From a virus: a stretch of DNA of 64,000 nucleotides. Below the pieces are notes generated by a model, which did not search any database, was not told the origin of the DNA, and worked only from the letters and a program-made list of their open reading frames with translations. Positions 8,627 through 18,980 of the stretch are shown piece by piece. The position numbers and the translations under genes are program-made. Numbering within the stretch: position 1 is the first letter of the stretch; each line of letters opens with the position of its first letter. The stretch lies in the IMG/VR virus record IMGVR_UViG_3300042290_000544. One strand, 5' to 3'.

Positions 8627-8947
8627 TTAGTACCGTCCTTCGTTTGTGTAATTTGCTCCGAAAAGGCGAGTGCCAACTTCGGGTGGCATCCAGACGCTCA
8701 ATTGATTAAACGAAAGACTACCCTTATAGTCCCAGATAGCGCACGGCATATCACGAGGACCCGCCATTGGAATGTCGCAAGGAACTGTCGCTTTAAACCG
8801 CCATTCGACCGTCACCTTACCGTCTCCAGCATCGAGCGACTCGGTAGCGGAAAATCCGAGTATTTTGTTCACTTCGTCGATCGAGACGTTAGTGAGAGTA
8901 CCCGTGCGATGGGAAGGATAGAATTCATGTGTTTGTTTAATTTTCAT
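8627..8947 (-). CDS. Conserved phage hypothetical protein
   Basis: DGKVTVEW...IWDYK pattern seen in phage hypotheticals; operon packing. Confidence 0.6.
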   Translation of the reverse strand: MKIKQTHEFYPSHRTGTLTNVSIDEVNKILGFSATESLDAGDGKVTVEWRFKATVPCDIPMAGPRDMPCAIWDYKGSLSFNQLSVWMPPEVGTRLFGANYTNEGRY

Positions 8948-8956
8948 ATATGATGT

Positions 8957-9223
8957 TTATAATTCTACCGCAATAAGATTATCCAATGTTTTGTAGTTGC
9001 TATAATCTTTTTCATAATCGCTTTCTTCATCGTTCCAGATAAAAGTGAGTAGAACATATTCGGACAATCCTTCGTCAAAGTAAATGTGCATTTGACGACC
9101 CTTATCATTATACCATTCTTTATCCTCACCGACCCAATGAAATCCAAGGCGTCTCAATTTTTCTTGTTGTTCTGGAGTATAGCGATTTAGATAAGACGTT
9201 TCTTCGAATTGTTTCTGGTCCAT
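8957..9223 (-). CDS. Hypothetical acidic protein
   Basis: ORF in early operon; start at MDQKQ preferred (alternative start 9262). Confidence 0.55.
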   Translation of the reverse strand: MDQKQFEETSYLNRYTPEQQEKLRRLGFHWVGEDKEWYNDKGRQMHIYFDEGLSEYVLLTFIWNDEESDYEKDYSNYKTLDNLIAVEL

Positions 9224-9227
9224 AATC

Positions 9228-9431
9228 TTATTCCTCGTTGCTGTTGATAAAGTTGTCGACATTGTACTTTGTCATCTCTGAGAGGACCGAATCGCGTTCA
9301 CGATCACCGACCTGGATAACTCCAAGGGCGAGAGCCTCATGCTTAGCCTTGAGGGATTTGCGGAGCTTAGCGATAACCGCAGCTTTGTTGACTTGGAATT
9401 TTCCGTTTGGAAGTTTCTTGGTTAATTTCAT
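9228..9431 (-). CDS. Hypothetical early protein
   Basis: 67-aa ORF whose ATG lies 6 nt from a -10 box. Confidence 0.6.
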   Translation of the reverse strand: MKLTKKLPNGKFQVNKAAVIAKLRKSLKAKHEALALGVIQVGDRERDSVLSEMTKYNVDNFINSNEE

Positions 9432-9437
9432 AAGATA

Positions 9438-9492
9438 ATAGTACTAAATCCTGGGTAAAAGTAAATCAAAACGATTTGCCTAAGTGATTGAT
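9438..9492 (-). promoter_or_regulatory. Early promoter with upstream IHF-like box
   Basis: ATCAATCACTTA-N15-TTTACT-N16-TACTAT. Confidence 0.7.
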
Positions 9493-9515
9493 GATCAATA
9501 GGGGTTAAAAATACT

Positions 9516-9869
9516 TCAAGGTTTAGTGACAATCTGAGCGTATTCCTCACCGTTTTTAGAGAGAATGTACTTTCCATCAACGAGCCGGGCTTCATAGCTG
9601 GTCGTTAGCGCAGCCGGGCTAAATTCGCCTTTTGGCATGCTGAAGGAAGCAACCGACTGCTCTTTTGTTTGTTTTGCCTTCACGGGCTTAGTCGATGCGC
9701 TAGCAGAACCTATGCGTTTGCCTTTTTTAGACCTGAAGGTCTTTTCAAGCAGCTCTAGCGAACCAGCCTTTTCGATACGCATGGAGATGTAATCCCAGCC
9801 GCGGTAGGTAACCAGCTCGCCGGTCACGGTGCATTTCAAAGTAAGCTTTTTGATAGGTGTGTTATTCAT
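9516..9869 (-). CDS. Hypothetical basic early protein
   Basis: 117-aa ORF directly behind its own promoter. Confidence 0.6.
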   Translation of the reverse strand: MNNTPIKKLTLKCTVTGELVTYRGWDYISMRIEKAGSLELLEKTFRSKKGKRIGSASASTKPVKAKQTKEQSVASFSMPKGEFSPAALTTSYEARLVDGKYILSKNGEEYAQIVTKP

Positions 9870-9878
9870 TATGGTACA

Positions 9879-9979
9879 ATCCTACAACATTCCGACTAAA
9901 AGTAAATCAAATAGATTGTCCTAAGTTGTTGATTAGTAATAACCCGACAAAATACTTTGAACTTTCATAAGTCGTTGAT
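9879..9979 (-). promoter_or_regulatory. Early promoter with two IHF-like boxes
   Basis: AATCAACAACTTA-N15-TTTACT-N16-TAGGAT; second box TATCAACGACTTA at 9968-9980. Confidence 0.7.
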
Positions 9980-10055
9980 AACCAATATAAACTAAATGAC
10001 TGGCTACCAATTGCTTAGTAGCCAGCCGATTTAATGAACAAAAATCTCGAAGCAA

Positions 10056-10325
10056 TTACTTGCTGATCTGATACAACTTGGCAGCCGGACCACGGGAACC
10101 CTTGGCCTTAGGCGCATCACCGACAACGGTGGCGTTTTTCTTTACGTACTCCGAGACGTACCAGTGGTTGATACCAATAGCATTAACGGCTTCCTTAAGG
10201 GTGAACGGCGTGGCTGGAAAGTTAAACTTCGTGACCAAAGACATAGCCTCCGGCTTCTTGACTCCGCGGCGAGGAGTGTTGGTGGTAGCGGTAGTATTGG
10301 AACTAGCGGTGTTATTCGTATTCAT
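10056..10325 (-). CDS. Small putative winged-helix DNA-binding protein
   Basis: FTLKEAVNAIGIN...VSEYVKK...RGPAAKLY pattern; ATG at 10325. Confidence 0.5.
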   Translation of the reverse strand: MNTNNTASSNTTATTNTPRRGVKKPEAMSLVTKFNFPATPFTLKEAVNAIGINHWYVSEYVKKNATVVGDAPKAKGSRGPAAKLYQISK

Positions 10326-10388
10326 ATATTGCGTTTTGTGTTTATTGTTATTTGATGAGTGTTTGTTGTTTCTCAATCGATACCAATA

Positions 10389-10460
10389 ACAATAAACAAA
10401 AATGGTTCAAAGTAAATAATAAAATGCTGAAATTGATTGCGTAAAAACTAAGTGATTGAT
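10389..10460 (-). promoter_or_regulatory. Early promoter, IHF-like box further upstream
   Basis: ATCAATCACTTA-N32-TTTACT-N16-TATTGT. Confidence 0.55.
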
Positions 10461-10462
10461 CT

Positions 10463-11155
10463 TTAAGCATTTACGGAAAATTCGGTAATCATCGGAAAGA
10501 TGGGAGCCAAAGCAAGAGCCATATTCTGAGCCACTTCCATGTGCTCCTTCTGAGTACCATTGCCCGAACGTACCTCAATGTAATGGATGAAGCTGCGGAG
10601 CGTTCCGGAGATGTAAAGACGGGAGACCGTGTTACCTTCTGGTAGAATAGAACGAGCTTGCTCTTTAGCAATACCACGTTCCAGTGCAGCTTTATAAGTT
10701 GCTGATGCTAAATCAATTACTTCTTGCTGTTTGATTTCCCACCACAATTTTGTGGCATCATCTGCGGTATCCAAGGAATTCTGGCGGTTCTTATCATCCT
10801 GGAGACGCGCCTCACGCGTTACGAAGTCCAACTCCTTCACGGGGTCGGCATAGCGTTGGCTAAACTCCTGGAAGGAGAATGAGCGATGGCGGAGAATCTG
10901 GCGGGCAATATCTCGGGTCGTATTGACTTCGACGCAGGCAGACACCATCTCCAAAGGAGACCAATGCTTGTTGCGAATAAGATACCGAATGAGTTTGTCG
11001 GAAGTCTCGGTATTGAACTGATTCTTTGGATTCGAGACTCTTGCACAAAATGCAATAAGATCCTGAAGATCCATACTGAAATTTTCAATTCCAATGGGTT
11101 TCATCCCATCTGCCATCTTGGAGTGGCTGATTAGTTTAACTTTTTTGGTTATCAT
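10463..11155 (-). CDS. thyX: Flavin-dependent thymidylate synthase ThyX
   Basis: HWSPLE and RHRSFSFQEFSQRY (RHRx7S) motifs. Confidence 0.95.
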   Translation of the reverse strand: MITKKVKLISHSKMADGMKPIGIENFSMDLQDLIAFCARVSNPKNQFNTETSDKLIRYLIRNKHWSPLEMVSACVEVNTTRDIARQILRHRSFSFQEFSQRYADPVKELDFVTREARLQDDKNRQNSLDTADDATKLWWEIKQQEVIDLASATYKAALERGIAKEQARSILPEGNTVSRLYISGTLRSFIHYIEVRSGNGTQKEHMEVAQNMALALAPIFPMITEFSVNA

Positions 11156-11579
11156 GATTGATTTTATGTGTGAGATAGTACCCAAGCATTTTTACGTTTT
11201 TCTGAGTAAATTCAAATTCATCACTGTAAATGCCACCATTCCGCTGAATAAACTCTTCAGAAAAACCCTCCTTGAGCATACGGTTAACCATACCTCTGTT
11301 GAGAATGTAGGCACAAGAAGTCTTTTTTCCAAAATTAGGAAATATCATTATAGTACCAAAATCAGAATCGATTTTGGCTTTGGCAGCAATAAGTGTTTGA
11401 CCTGAATTAATTGCAGTATCGAAATCAATGGATACCTTAATGTCCTTATTTTGCAGTTGCGCAGAATGGATAATGTCGTGAGCAAACTCCAAGACACATT
11501 CATTGGTATGAACGTCGGTCTTGTGCTCGGAATAGTCTGGTTTGTTTTTTTCCTGTTCGTTATCGTCGTCGGCAAGCAT
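11136..11579 (-). CDS. Hypothetical protein
   Basis: Operon-packed ORF; ATG adjacent to the upstream stop. Confidence 0.55.
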   Translation of the reverse strand: MLADDDNEQEKNKPDYSEHKTDVHTNECVLEFAHDIIHSAQLQNKDIKVSIDFDTAINSGQTLIAAKAKIDSDFGTIMIFPNFGKKTSCAYILNRGMVNRMLKEGFSEEFIQRNGGIYSDEFEFTQKNVKMLGYYLTHKINHDNQKS

Positions 11580-11580
11580 A

Positions 11581-12264
11581 TTATGTCCAAAGGAGTCTGC
11601 GGTTTTTAACAACCCATTCGCATACCTGAGTGTCGGCTTCAACCAACTTCTCTTCTAATTCAGTGACTTTATTATACCGGTCCATCTTATTCTGAGCAAG
11701 ATCGCTCATCATAAGAGGAACATCTTCCCACGCTTTTTCTATTTCCTTTAGAATTTCTTGCCGACCCTTGGTCGCATAAGCATGACACTCCTTTAATTGA
11801 GCCGCGAAGGTTTTAACTTTCTCCGAATAGTCAAATAGAGTTTGGTCAAAGCACTTCTCACGGTCAACATACTCGATGACGCATTGCAGACAGAATTCTA
11901 CAATGATGCAATCAAGATCGCGATACTCCCGAGTGAAAACCTTATCGCGCATTTCGGCGCGCGGATGATGAATGTAGGGCTTTATCTTCCGTTTGATTCT
12001 TTTGCAACTTGTTTCAATGTCCCAAAAGAATCCAGCAACGGTATCGCGAAAGAAGTATTGCACCGGATATTCCTTTTTAACATACGCATCAAATTTTTCC
12101 CACTCGCCTACAAGGTCCTTTCCGGCACTGAGTGCATAGGGTTTGATGTAAAGAGGGAATGGCCAATACCACACAATCAGTTCTCTGGATTGCCGCGGCA
12201 TCGCTTTGTATTCGTCAACGGTATGAACCATGACGCAGTGTTTGTAAGGATTGTCGTTAAACAT
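11581..12264 (-). CDS. Hypothetical protein
   Basis: Long ORF ending RRLLWT, operon-packed. Confidence 0.65.
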   Translation of the reverse strand: MFNDNPYKHCVMVHTVDEYKAMPRQSRELIVWYWPFPLYIKPYALSAGKDLVGEWEKFDAYVKKEYPVQYFFRDTVAGFFWDIETSCKRIKRKIKPYIHHPRAEMRDKVFTREYRDLDCIIVEFCLQCVIEYVDREKCFDQTLFDYSEKVKTFAAQLKECHAYATKGRQEILKEIEKAWEDVPLMMSDLAQNKMDRYNKVTELEEKLVEADTQVCEWVVKNRRLLWT

Positions 12265-12967
12265 AAGTGTAGACCTGTGCAATGTGTTCGGTTAGATCGA
12301 AGGCAATCGGCTTATTAATAGGTACATACTGTTCGTTGCAGATTGAAGCATTAATGTGTAATACATCCTCTGGAGAATAAGCGTAACCGTACGCAGCGTG
12401 AATATGACCGCAAACATGAGCTTTAAGATTTGGTAGTTTTTGAATTGTTTGTAACAGATTGCTGCATCCGACTTTTTCATTCACCCAAGGCATTTTGTAA
12501 TTGGGGCATTCATCCACAAAACCATATGCGGGTCCGTGAGTGACGAGCACCTGAATATCCTTTGGAATAAGGTCCCAGTGTTTCTGGATAGCATCACCAC
12601 GTCTGCGGTTGAATGCCCAGCCAAAGAACTCTGGTTGTACCGGAGAACCCCAGAACTTAACTCCTTCAATTGTGGCACCAGAATCATTTAGATAATGGAA
12701 ACCTTCCGAGACGGGAAGCATTGCCTTAATGGCACTTTCACTACTGGGATAGTCGAGATGACCCGGGTCCATAAAAATATCATGGTTGCCCGCAATAATG
12801 ACGCGATGCTTGTAGGGAAGTGCATTGAACCAGCCGAGGGCCCGAAGGGATTCCTCCATGGAACCGCGGTTACAGAAATCCCCGGCATGTACAATAACAT
12901 CGGCTTCTGGTAAATCACCCAGGGCTTTGTGTAGCCCGTGGGTATCTGATATGCAGAGGATTCTCAT
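12257..12967 (-). CDS. Calcineurin-like metallophosphoesterase
   Basis: SDTH, HAGD, AGNHD, THGP and GHIH motifs. Confidence 0.92.
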   Translation of the reverse strand: MRILCISDTHGLHKALGDLPEADVIVHAGDFCNRGSMEESLRALGWFNALPYKHRVIIAGNHDIFMDPGHLDYPSSESAIKAMLPVSEGFHYLNDSGATIEGVKFWGSPVQPEFFGWAFNRRRGDAIQKHWDLIPKDIQVLVTHGPAYGFVDECPNYKMPWVNEKVGCSNLLQTIQKLPNLKAHVCGHIHAAYGYAYSPEDVLHINASICNEQYVPINKPIAFDLTEHIAQVYTYV

Positions 12968-12971
12968 GTGT

Positions 12972-13160
12972 TTAATCTTTCTTCACGGTAACTCTTGCGG
13001 CAAATACTCCGGAAATAACCATTGTGGCACACCAGGTGCTAAATGTAAACGGGATGGTAAGACCGAATAGAAGATTGAGCGACCAGATGATGGCAATTGG
13101 ATAAAATATAATGAATGCAATTGCAAATGCAATTACAAGAGCAATAAGGAATTCTTTCAT
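12972..13160 (-). CDS. Small membrane protein
   Basis: MKEFLIALVIAFAIAFIIFYPIAIIWSLN...; hydrophobic helices. Confidence 0.6.
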   Translation of the reverse strand: MKEFLIALVIAFAIAFIIFYPIAIIWSLNLLFGLTIPFTFSTWCATMVISGVFAARVTVKKD

Positions 13161-13161
13161 G

Positions 13162-13437
13162 TTAGGCGACGGCTGGAGTTTCTTCGGTCTTGGCTGAGCG
13201 GCGGTCGGTATTGCTGCCTTCCATGGCAAGGAGGAAATAACGAATTGTTGAGCGATCAACGCGGAATTGATTCTTGTCCTTATAGTCGGCAAGCTCGCGG
13301 GCAGATGCCGAGGACTTTAGCTTTGGAGGCTGTCCTGGAATCTTTCTAAGTCCTCGGTAAGACTTAATCGCTTCGGTTAACTTTTTCAGTTTCCGACGAT
13401 ATGAATACGAGTTGGTGCGTTTGTCAGTATGGTTCAT
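13162..13437 (-). CDS. Hypothetical basic protein
   Basis: Operon-packed ORF with a 4-nt overlap with the upstream gene. Confidence 0.5.
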   Translation of the reverse strand: MNHTDKRTNSYSYRRKLKKLTEAIKSYRGLRKIPGQPPKLKSSASARELADYKDKNQFRVDRSTIRYFLLAMEGSNTDRRSAKTEETPAVA

Positions 13438-14012
13438 GGCAGTTTATAGGAAATTGTGTGAAGGAAAGAACCTGTTTTGTAAAGGGTAATGGATAATTTA
13501 CGGCGAACCCAGCGGTAGGGCGATGTGTGGAAAATAAAGCGGTTGTACCAACGAGAATTCTCGTATTCTCGGTCTGCATGCCATTTGCGCTCTTGCTCTT
13601 TTCTGTCGGCGCTGGGCACTTTTTTAAACTCAAAAAGTTCGGTAGATTGAACCTTACCGTCAATGAGTACAACTTTAAATTCAATAGAACAGTCCCAAAG
13701 ACCAAGCACATCATGACGGTAGTCATACATGTAAATAGTTTCAGTGATTTTTTGAAGTTCAAGATATGGTTCCGTACGTTTGAGGGAACCAATACGGTCC
13801 AACCAATTTTTAGAGTTGGCATCACCTTCGACCCATTTCTCACTCTTGTATTTTTCAAGAAAGAAATTACCGTCTTGAACAACATAGTTGCCCAAGCAGC
13901 AGTGAAGGTCCTTGGTCTGAAAGGACCAGTTGTTTTTATCGAGACCAAACTCCTTCATCTCTTCCGAGAAAGGTAATTTGTCGCCCCATTGAATTGTATC
14001 GAACATTCCCAT
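13434..14012 (-). CDS. Conserved phage hypothetical (MGMFD...FQTKD family)
   Basis: MGMFDTI and FQTKDL motifs; promoter TTTACT-N16-TAATAT at 14025-14052. Confidence 0.65.
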   Translation of the reverse strand: MGMFDTIQWGDKLPFSEEMKEFGLDKNNWSFQTKDLHCCLGNYVVQDGNFFLEKYKSEKWVEGDANSKNWLDRIGSLKRTEPYLELQKITETIYMYDYRHDVLGLWDCSIEFKVVLIDGKVQSTELFEFKKVPSADRKEQERKWHADREYENSRWYNRFIFHTSPYRWVRRKLSITLYKTGSFLHTISYKLP

Positions 14013-14063
14013 ATTGTAGTTCCTATATTACATTGTTGTACCGCAAAGTAAACAACAAAATGC

Positions 14064-14309
14064 TTACAGTTTGAAATTAAGTTGGTCTCTAATTGTTTGC
14101 ACGAAGACCCTACCAGCTTCGGAAGCCGATTCAAGATCGGGAGCAATTACATTGCCATTTCGCTCAATTCTAAGTATTTCTTTGCCTCCCACGTTAAAGT
14201 CAAGAACGGAATCGGTAATCTGAGTGCCCACCAAAAGTTCAGAAAGGGGGCTAAAGTTAATCGGATTGAAGCTGGGTTCAATGTCTTTGAATTCTGTTTG
14301 TGTTTCCAT
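14064..14309 (-). CDS. Hypothetical protein
   Basis: ORF immediately after the helicase stop. Confidence 0.5.
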   Translation of the reverse strand: METQTEFKDIEPSFNPINFSPLSELLVGTQITDSVLDFNVGGKEILRIERNGNVIAPDLESASEAGRVFVQTIRDQLNFKL

Positions 14310-14313
14310 AGTA

Positions 14314-15708
14314 TTACATTTTGAATCCACTGAAGTCACGTTTCGGAGTCACGCCGAATGATGGCACCGAAGGGCTGGCTTGGCGGAAGGTTGGTTCTTT
14401 AGTAAGAGTTTGTGCTTTGTTTTCGACATCGTACAACCGCATTTTGGCACGGTCGACACCGATGATGAATTTTTTGTTTTTAGTTGGGTCGTTGTAACGA
14501 TTCTTTAGTTGTTTCACGAGGAGCTGATTCATTTTCTCCAGTTCCTCGGTTGAGATCAATGCAAACATTAAGTCGGCGGTAGCCGGGAGACCGAACGATT
14601 CCGAAGTGTCGGTAAGTTCAACATCGCTGTTACCGAAACCCGAGCGGGTCGTCTGAGTCGCAGAGAAGATGGGAACATCAAACTCCACGGCAAGCCCACG
14701 GATTTCTTCGGCAATGGCTTTAATAAACGAATAGGTGTTGACGGAACCGCCGACACCCTTCATACGAGCCGATGCACAGATATTAAGATAGTCGATAAAG
14801 ATGGCATCGGCCTTAAAGTCCTTCTTAAGTTTCAGTTCATTCAGGAGAGCACGAAAGTGTCCTGCATGGGCGGAAGCGGTCGGATATTCTTTTACAATAA
14901 GGGTACCCTTTGTCTTTGCGGCAATCTTCTGGATTTTAGATTCATAAAGATCCTTTGGCATATTTGCCAACTGATCAATCGGAACATTCATTAGATTGGC
15001 ATCAATACGTTCGGCAATGCGTTCTTCCGACATTTCAAGTGTAATGTAAAGCACATTTCTGCCCTGAGTAAGGAACGAAGAAGCCACATGACACATGAAT
15101 AGAGATTTACCCACGCCCGTACCCGCAAGACAGATATTAAGAGTCTTCCGAGGCACACCATTCTTTGTAATGGTATTGAACATCTCCAGATCAAATGGAG
15201 TACGGTCTTCAACCTTATGATAGAAATCAAAGCGGTCGTCAGCATTACCAATGTAGTCGTGACCAACAGAATTATCAAAATTGATTCCTAATGCCTTTTG
15301 TAGAATATCGGGAATTGCATCTTGGGAGGTTTCTTTTTTCTTACCGTCAATGATGGAAATAGATTCCATGATTGCCAGAAATACCGCGCGGTCCTTACAC
15401 CATTTTTCGGTATGTTCCAGCAACCATTGATCCTGGACAACGGGGTTCTCCTTGAGTGAATCAATAAGTTTAACAGTGTTGTCATACTGCTCCTCACTGA
15501 TGTCGGTATTTCTGTTTACTAGATCAATGTTGAGTGTCGTCTGAGTCGGCAACTTATTGTACTTCTCGATGAAATCAACGATGAGTTTATAGACGGACTT
15601 ATGTGACCCCTCAAAGTATTCGCGTTTAATGAATGGTAGTACCTTGCGGCAATACCCTTCATCATTCACTAACTTCTGAAGAATCGTTGTTTGTAGATTG
15701 TTTGTCAT
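14314..15708 (-). CDS. gp41: Replicative DNA helicase (T4 gp41-like)
   Basis: AGTGVGKS Walker A, YITLEMSE, IDYLNI, SESFGLPATAD, KQLKNRY. Confidence 0.95.
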   Translation of the reverse strand: MTNNLQTTILQKLVNDEGYCRKVLPFIKREYFEGSHKSVYKLIVDFIEKYNKLPTQTTLNIDLVNRNTDISEEQYDNTVKLIDSLKENPVVQDQWLLEHTEKWCKDRAVFLAIMESISIIDGKKKETSQDAIPDILQKALGINFDNSVGHDYIGNADDRFDFYHKVEDRTPFDLEMFNTITKNGVPRKTLNICLAGTGVGKSLFMCHVASSFLTQGRNVLYITLEMSEERIAERIDANLMNVPIDQLANMPKDLYESKIQKIAAKTKGTLIVKEYPTASAHAGHFRALLNELKLKKDFKADAIFIDYLNICASARMKGVGGSVNTYSFIKAIAEEIRGLAVEFDVPIFSATQTTRSGFGNSDVELTDTSESFGLPATADLMFALISTEELEKMNQLLVKQLKNRYNDPTKNKKFIIGVDRAKMRLYDVENKAQTLTKEPTFRQASPSVPSFGVTPKRDFSGFKM

Positions 15709-16015
15709 TAGACCCTACTTTATAGTTTCCCGTGTCGAAGGCATTTTGAATGATGTGACTTAGAATGTCACCAAGGTGATTGTTGAAATCGGCAGACATT
15801 TCCAGTTCATCAATATCATGAACGTCTGGAGCTTCGTCTACTTTGAATTGAAAAGAGAGAGTGGCCGATTCTTTGTCTTCGTTTACCTTTAAGGAAACCT
15901 TTCCGTAAGTAACAACGACGCCCGACCATGGGCCACTCTTTAACTTAACCGAATACAATTCGGAAGTTGGCTTTTCAACGAAAGCGTAATCTGTATCTGT
16001 AATTTTAGGATTCAT
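15662..16015 (-). CDS. Conserved protein at the T4 gp40 position
   Basis: Synteny uvsX-40-41; conserved GxxxxYGKV...FxxxLGDIL pattern. Confidence 0.5.
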   Translation of the reverse strand: MNPKITDTDYAFVEKPTSELYSVKLKSGPWSGVVVTYGKVSLKVNEDKESATLSFQFKVDEAPDVHDIDELEMSADFNNHLGDILSHIIQNAFDTGNYKVGSNDKQSTNNDSSEVSE

Positions 16016-17054
16016 CGGCTTCATCATCTACGATTGAGGTGAGACCACTTTGACCTTCGCCGCCTAGGGTATAGCGAGTACGGATGTAATCTTTAAATTC
16101 TTTCGAGTCAAGAATGTCTTTCCAGAATTCCTTCGTGTAGGTATCTTTCTCACGGTACTTGGCGGTGTCACCTTTCTTTTGGTACCAACCCTGGGTCGGT
16201 TTAGTGACAAAGCCGCCATCAAGAGAAACCTCAAGGAGACCAGAGTATTTCTCAACGCCGTTGGCAAAAGAAACAGAAATCGGAACCTTGGACTTTTCTT
16301 TTACAAAGCGAGACTTGTCAACGTTGATCACAAAGTGGTAACCTTGGAGACCGTCATCATCCTTGTCTTGTTGGCGGCCGAGAATCCAGACCGTGTTTGC
16401 CGAGTAATAGAGACCGGTACCACCAGAAAGAACATCCTTGGGATACATGTCCTGCGTCTTGTAGGTGTGACCGATGGCAACAATCGGAATGTCCTTCATT
16501 GAAAGATGCGGGGTTACCATACGGAACAGGCTCTTGAAAGCCTTGGCACGAGTCATATCGGCAACCGATTTCTCATTCATGGCATCCTCAACTTCCTTCT
16601 TGGAAGCAAGGTTACCGACCGAGTCAATCATGATGATGACCTTGTCGCTTTTCTCAATTCCATCAAGCTGTTTCATAATGTCGAATTTAAGGTCTTCGAC
16701 ATTCATGATGGGGCAGTGGAGCACGCGGCTGGTATCAATGCCAAAGGTCTTGAAGTAAGCCTGAGGCGAACCAAATTCAGAATCATAGAATAGTACGATT
16801 GAATCAGGATGCTTTCTCATATACGCCGCAACCATGATGAGGGCAAATGAGGTCTTGAAGTGTTTAGATGGACCGGCAAGGACGGTAAGACCGGAAGTGA
16901 GACCCTTGTCGAGGTCACCCGAAAGGGCAACATTGATCATAGGAACATCGGTCGGAACACTGTTGTCGCCTTGATTGAAAAACTTGGATTCATCCAAGGT
17001 AGACGAGCTATCAATGCGGGAATTCTTTTTTAGTTTAGCGAGTAATGATGACAT
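16005..17054 (-). CDS. uvsX: RecA-like recombinase UvsX
   Basis: LAGPSKHFKT, YDSEFG, IDSVGNLASKKE, ADMTRAK. Confidence 0.96.
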   Translation of the reverse strand: MSSLLAKLKKNSRIDSSSTLDESKFFNQGDNSVPTDVPMINVALSGDLDKGLTSGLTVLAGPSKHFKTSFALIMVAAYMRKHPDSIVLFYDSEFGSPQAYFKTFGIDTSRVLHCPIMNVEDLKFDIMKQLDGIEKSDKVIIMIDSVGNLASKKEVEDAMNEKSVADMTRAKAFKSLFRMVTPHLSMKDIPIVAIGHTYKTQDMYPKDVLSGGTGLYYSANTVWILGRQQDKDDDGLQGYHFVINVDKSRFVKEKSKVPISVSFANGVEKYSGLLEVSLDGGFVTKPTQGWYQKKGDTAKYREKDTYTKEFWKDILDSKEFKDYIRTRYTLGGEGQSGLTSIVDDEADES

Positions 17055-17093
17055 AATAGAAATATACTATAGTTGATTGATCCTGTACATCTT

Positions 17094-18092
17094 TTAATGA
17101 TTCCAGTGAGGATAAAATTCTCTGGATAAATGAACAGATTGTGGCTTTTCCATATAGGCAAAGTCCAGTTCCTCTTTGTGATTCATTAGCGTTGAAACCC
17201 ATTTAAATACACAAACGTTTCCTTTAACGTTTTCCTCCAGCTCCCTAACAAAGAGCTTTCGAATTTCGTTGCGCTCATTCCAGCTCCCGTAAAATGGAGC
17301 GTCTTTATAATACCCAGTCTTTGGTAGTTTACGAGATTCGTTTTCGATTGGAAGCGGTTCCCAGATTGTAACCTTTGCATTACCTTTCTCAGACAGATCT
17401 TGGCATTGCTTTACGTATTCCGCAACAAGAGCCTTCGTAGCTTTAATTGGATCCGGCTGGCGAAGTAAATGGTGGCGAATATCGATGTTGCCAAAATAAA
17501 CTTCAAATTCAGAATATGCCAACGTATTATCCGGAACAAATGATTCAAGACCCATATTAAGTGCACCGTGCAAGGTCTTGAAGGGAACCGAATTAACTTT
17601 CCATCCGGGCCGATACATAGAAATTGCGTGAGAATCGCCAAATGCGAGTTTAGTACTCAGGAATTGATTATTCGGATTGATAACTGTTGCAAATGTTTCA
17701 ATCTGTGCCAAGTTAGTCCAGTCGACACTCTTCCAATCCGGGTGTGATGCTGGTTCCTTATCAACCCGGGGTTTAATCATCTCAGAGTATTTCGGGAAAT
17801 CAATCACGAGAGAAAAAACTTTACCAGTGAATTTAGATAGACGGACAATCTGATCGATCGATCCATACTGCTTTACACCGCCAAACAAATTCACCGTACC
17901 GCCCCAATCATTACCATGGTAAACGGCAATACATTCAAAGTCATTGTAATCTTCGATCTTACCGCCATAATTGACAGTAACGTCGTGGCCAGAGTGCCTT
18001 AATTGATCAGCATAGATTGCAGCCTGCGCCGCGCGGTGAGACGAAATACGCTCCGAGATTGGAGCCATTGGAGTTGTAATTAAAACTTTCAT
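17094..18092 (-). CDS. DNA-modification cluster protein with SGNH-like C-terminal domain
   Basis: FGDSH, FGNIDIRHH and terminal EKPQSVH motifs resemble SGNH blocks I, III and V. Confidence 0.55.
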   Translation of the reverse strand: MKVLITTPMAPISERISSHRAAQAAIYADQLRHSGHDVTVNYGGKIEDYNDFECIAVYHGNDWGGTVNLFGGVKQYGSIDQIVRLSKFTGKVFSLVIDFPKYSEMIKPRVDKEPASHPDWKSVDWTNLAQIETFATVINPNNQFLSTKLAFGDSHAISMYRPGWKVNSVPFKTLHGALNMGLESFVPDNTLAYSEFEVYFGNIDIRHHLLRQPDPIKATKALVAEYVKQCQDLSEKGNAKVTIWEPLPIENESRKLPKTGYYKDAPFYGSWNERNEIRKLFVRELEENVKGNVCVFKWVSTLMNHKEELDFAYMEKPQSVHLSREFYPHWNH

Positions 18093-18979
18093 AATTCTGT
18101 CAATTGTTCATCTTTCTTCCATTTTCTATAAGAATCCGTTCTATCTATAATTGATGCATCTTTTAAAACCGGATCGGTTCCAACATTCCACATTAAAATC
18201 TTTTTGCCCGTATTTTTTGGAATATACTTCCAAACTTTGGCATCATACGTGACCACTGTTGGAAATGGCGGTACGTTTTCTGGCTTTTCAGGAGTTTGAA
18301 AATCTAGAGGTTCGCTAATCACGGTGGCACGACCCAGTTCACCTTCTTTAAGATTACGAGCTACGGCAATACATGTAAATTTAGCATTGGGCCAGGCAAT
18401 TTGAAGAGCTCGGGTCAATACGCCAGTAGAAATAGCAACATAGACTTCATCCGGTTCTGGCAATTTAGATGCAGCATGAATGATCCCGGCCGTTGCATAC
18501 TCATGCCTTAGTCCTAATGGAACAAAAAATGCATTATTGTCTTTTGCCCACTTTTCAGCAAGGCGATTTAAATTTGGCATTGCCGCAATACGTTCAAAGA
18601 TCGCAGTTGCTCCACGTTCAATGCAACATGCCTGATGCACTGAAATCTTTTTGGAAGACGGCATAAAAAGAGTAACCTTTTTATTAATTCGGTTTGCCGT
18701 ATCGCAAATCGACACTCCCGCGAGTCCAACTCGAGGCTGAGAATATACGATATGATCCGATTTGATTTTTGCAACAAGCAAATCTCCAGCTCTTGTTTTC
18801 GTTCCTACGATGAGGTCGTCTCGAACCACTTGAACACCCTCGTGTTCAATAATGACTGGATCCGGATTATACGGAGTCCACCCTTCGCAAAGGGAAAGGT
18901 AATAATCCTTGGCTTCTTTCCAGGACATTAATCCAACATCTTTATTTAAACCGTCTATGACATGAGTATCGTGCGACAT
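18089..18979 (-). CDS. PLP-dependent enzyme (fold type II, TrpB-like)
   Basis: VVRDDLIVGTKTR (PLP lysine), AISTGVL, YDAK, WNVG. Confidence 0.8.
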   Translation of the reverse strand: MSHDTHVIDGLNKDVGLMSWKEAKDYYLSLCEGWTPYNPDPVIIEHEGVQVVRDDLIVGTKTRAGDLLVAKIKSDHIVYSQPRVGLAGVSICDTANRINKKVTLFMPSSKKISVHQACCIERGATAIFERIAAMPNLNRLAEKWAKDNNAFFVPLGLRHEYATAGIIHAASKLPEPDEVYVAISTGVLTRALQIAWPNAKFTCIAVARNLKEGELGRATVISEPLDFQTPEKPENVPPFPTVVTYDAKVWKYIPKNTGKKILMWNVGTDPVLKDASIIDRTDSYRKWKKDEQLTEL

Positions 18980-18980
18980 A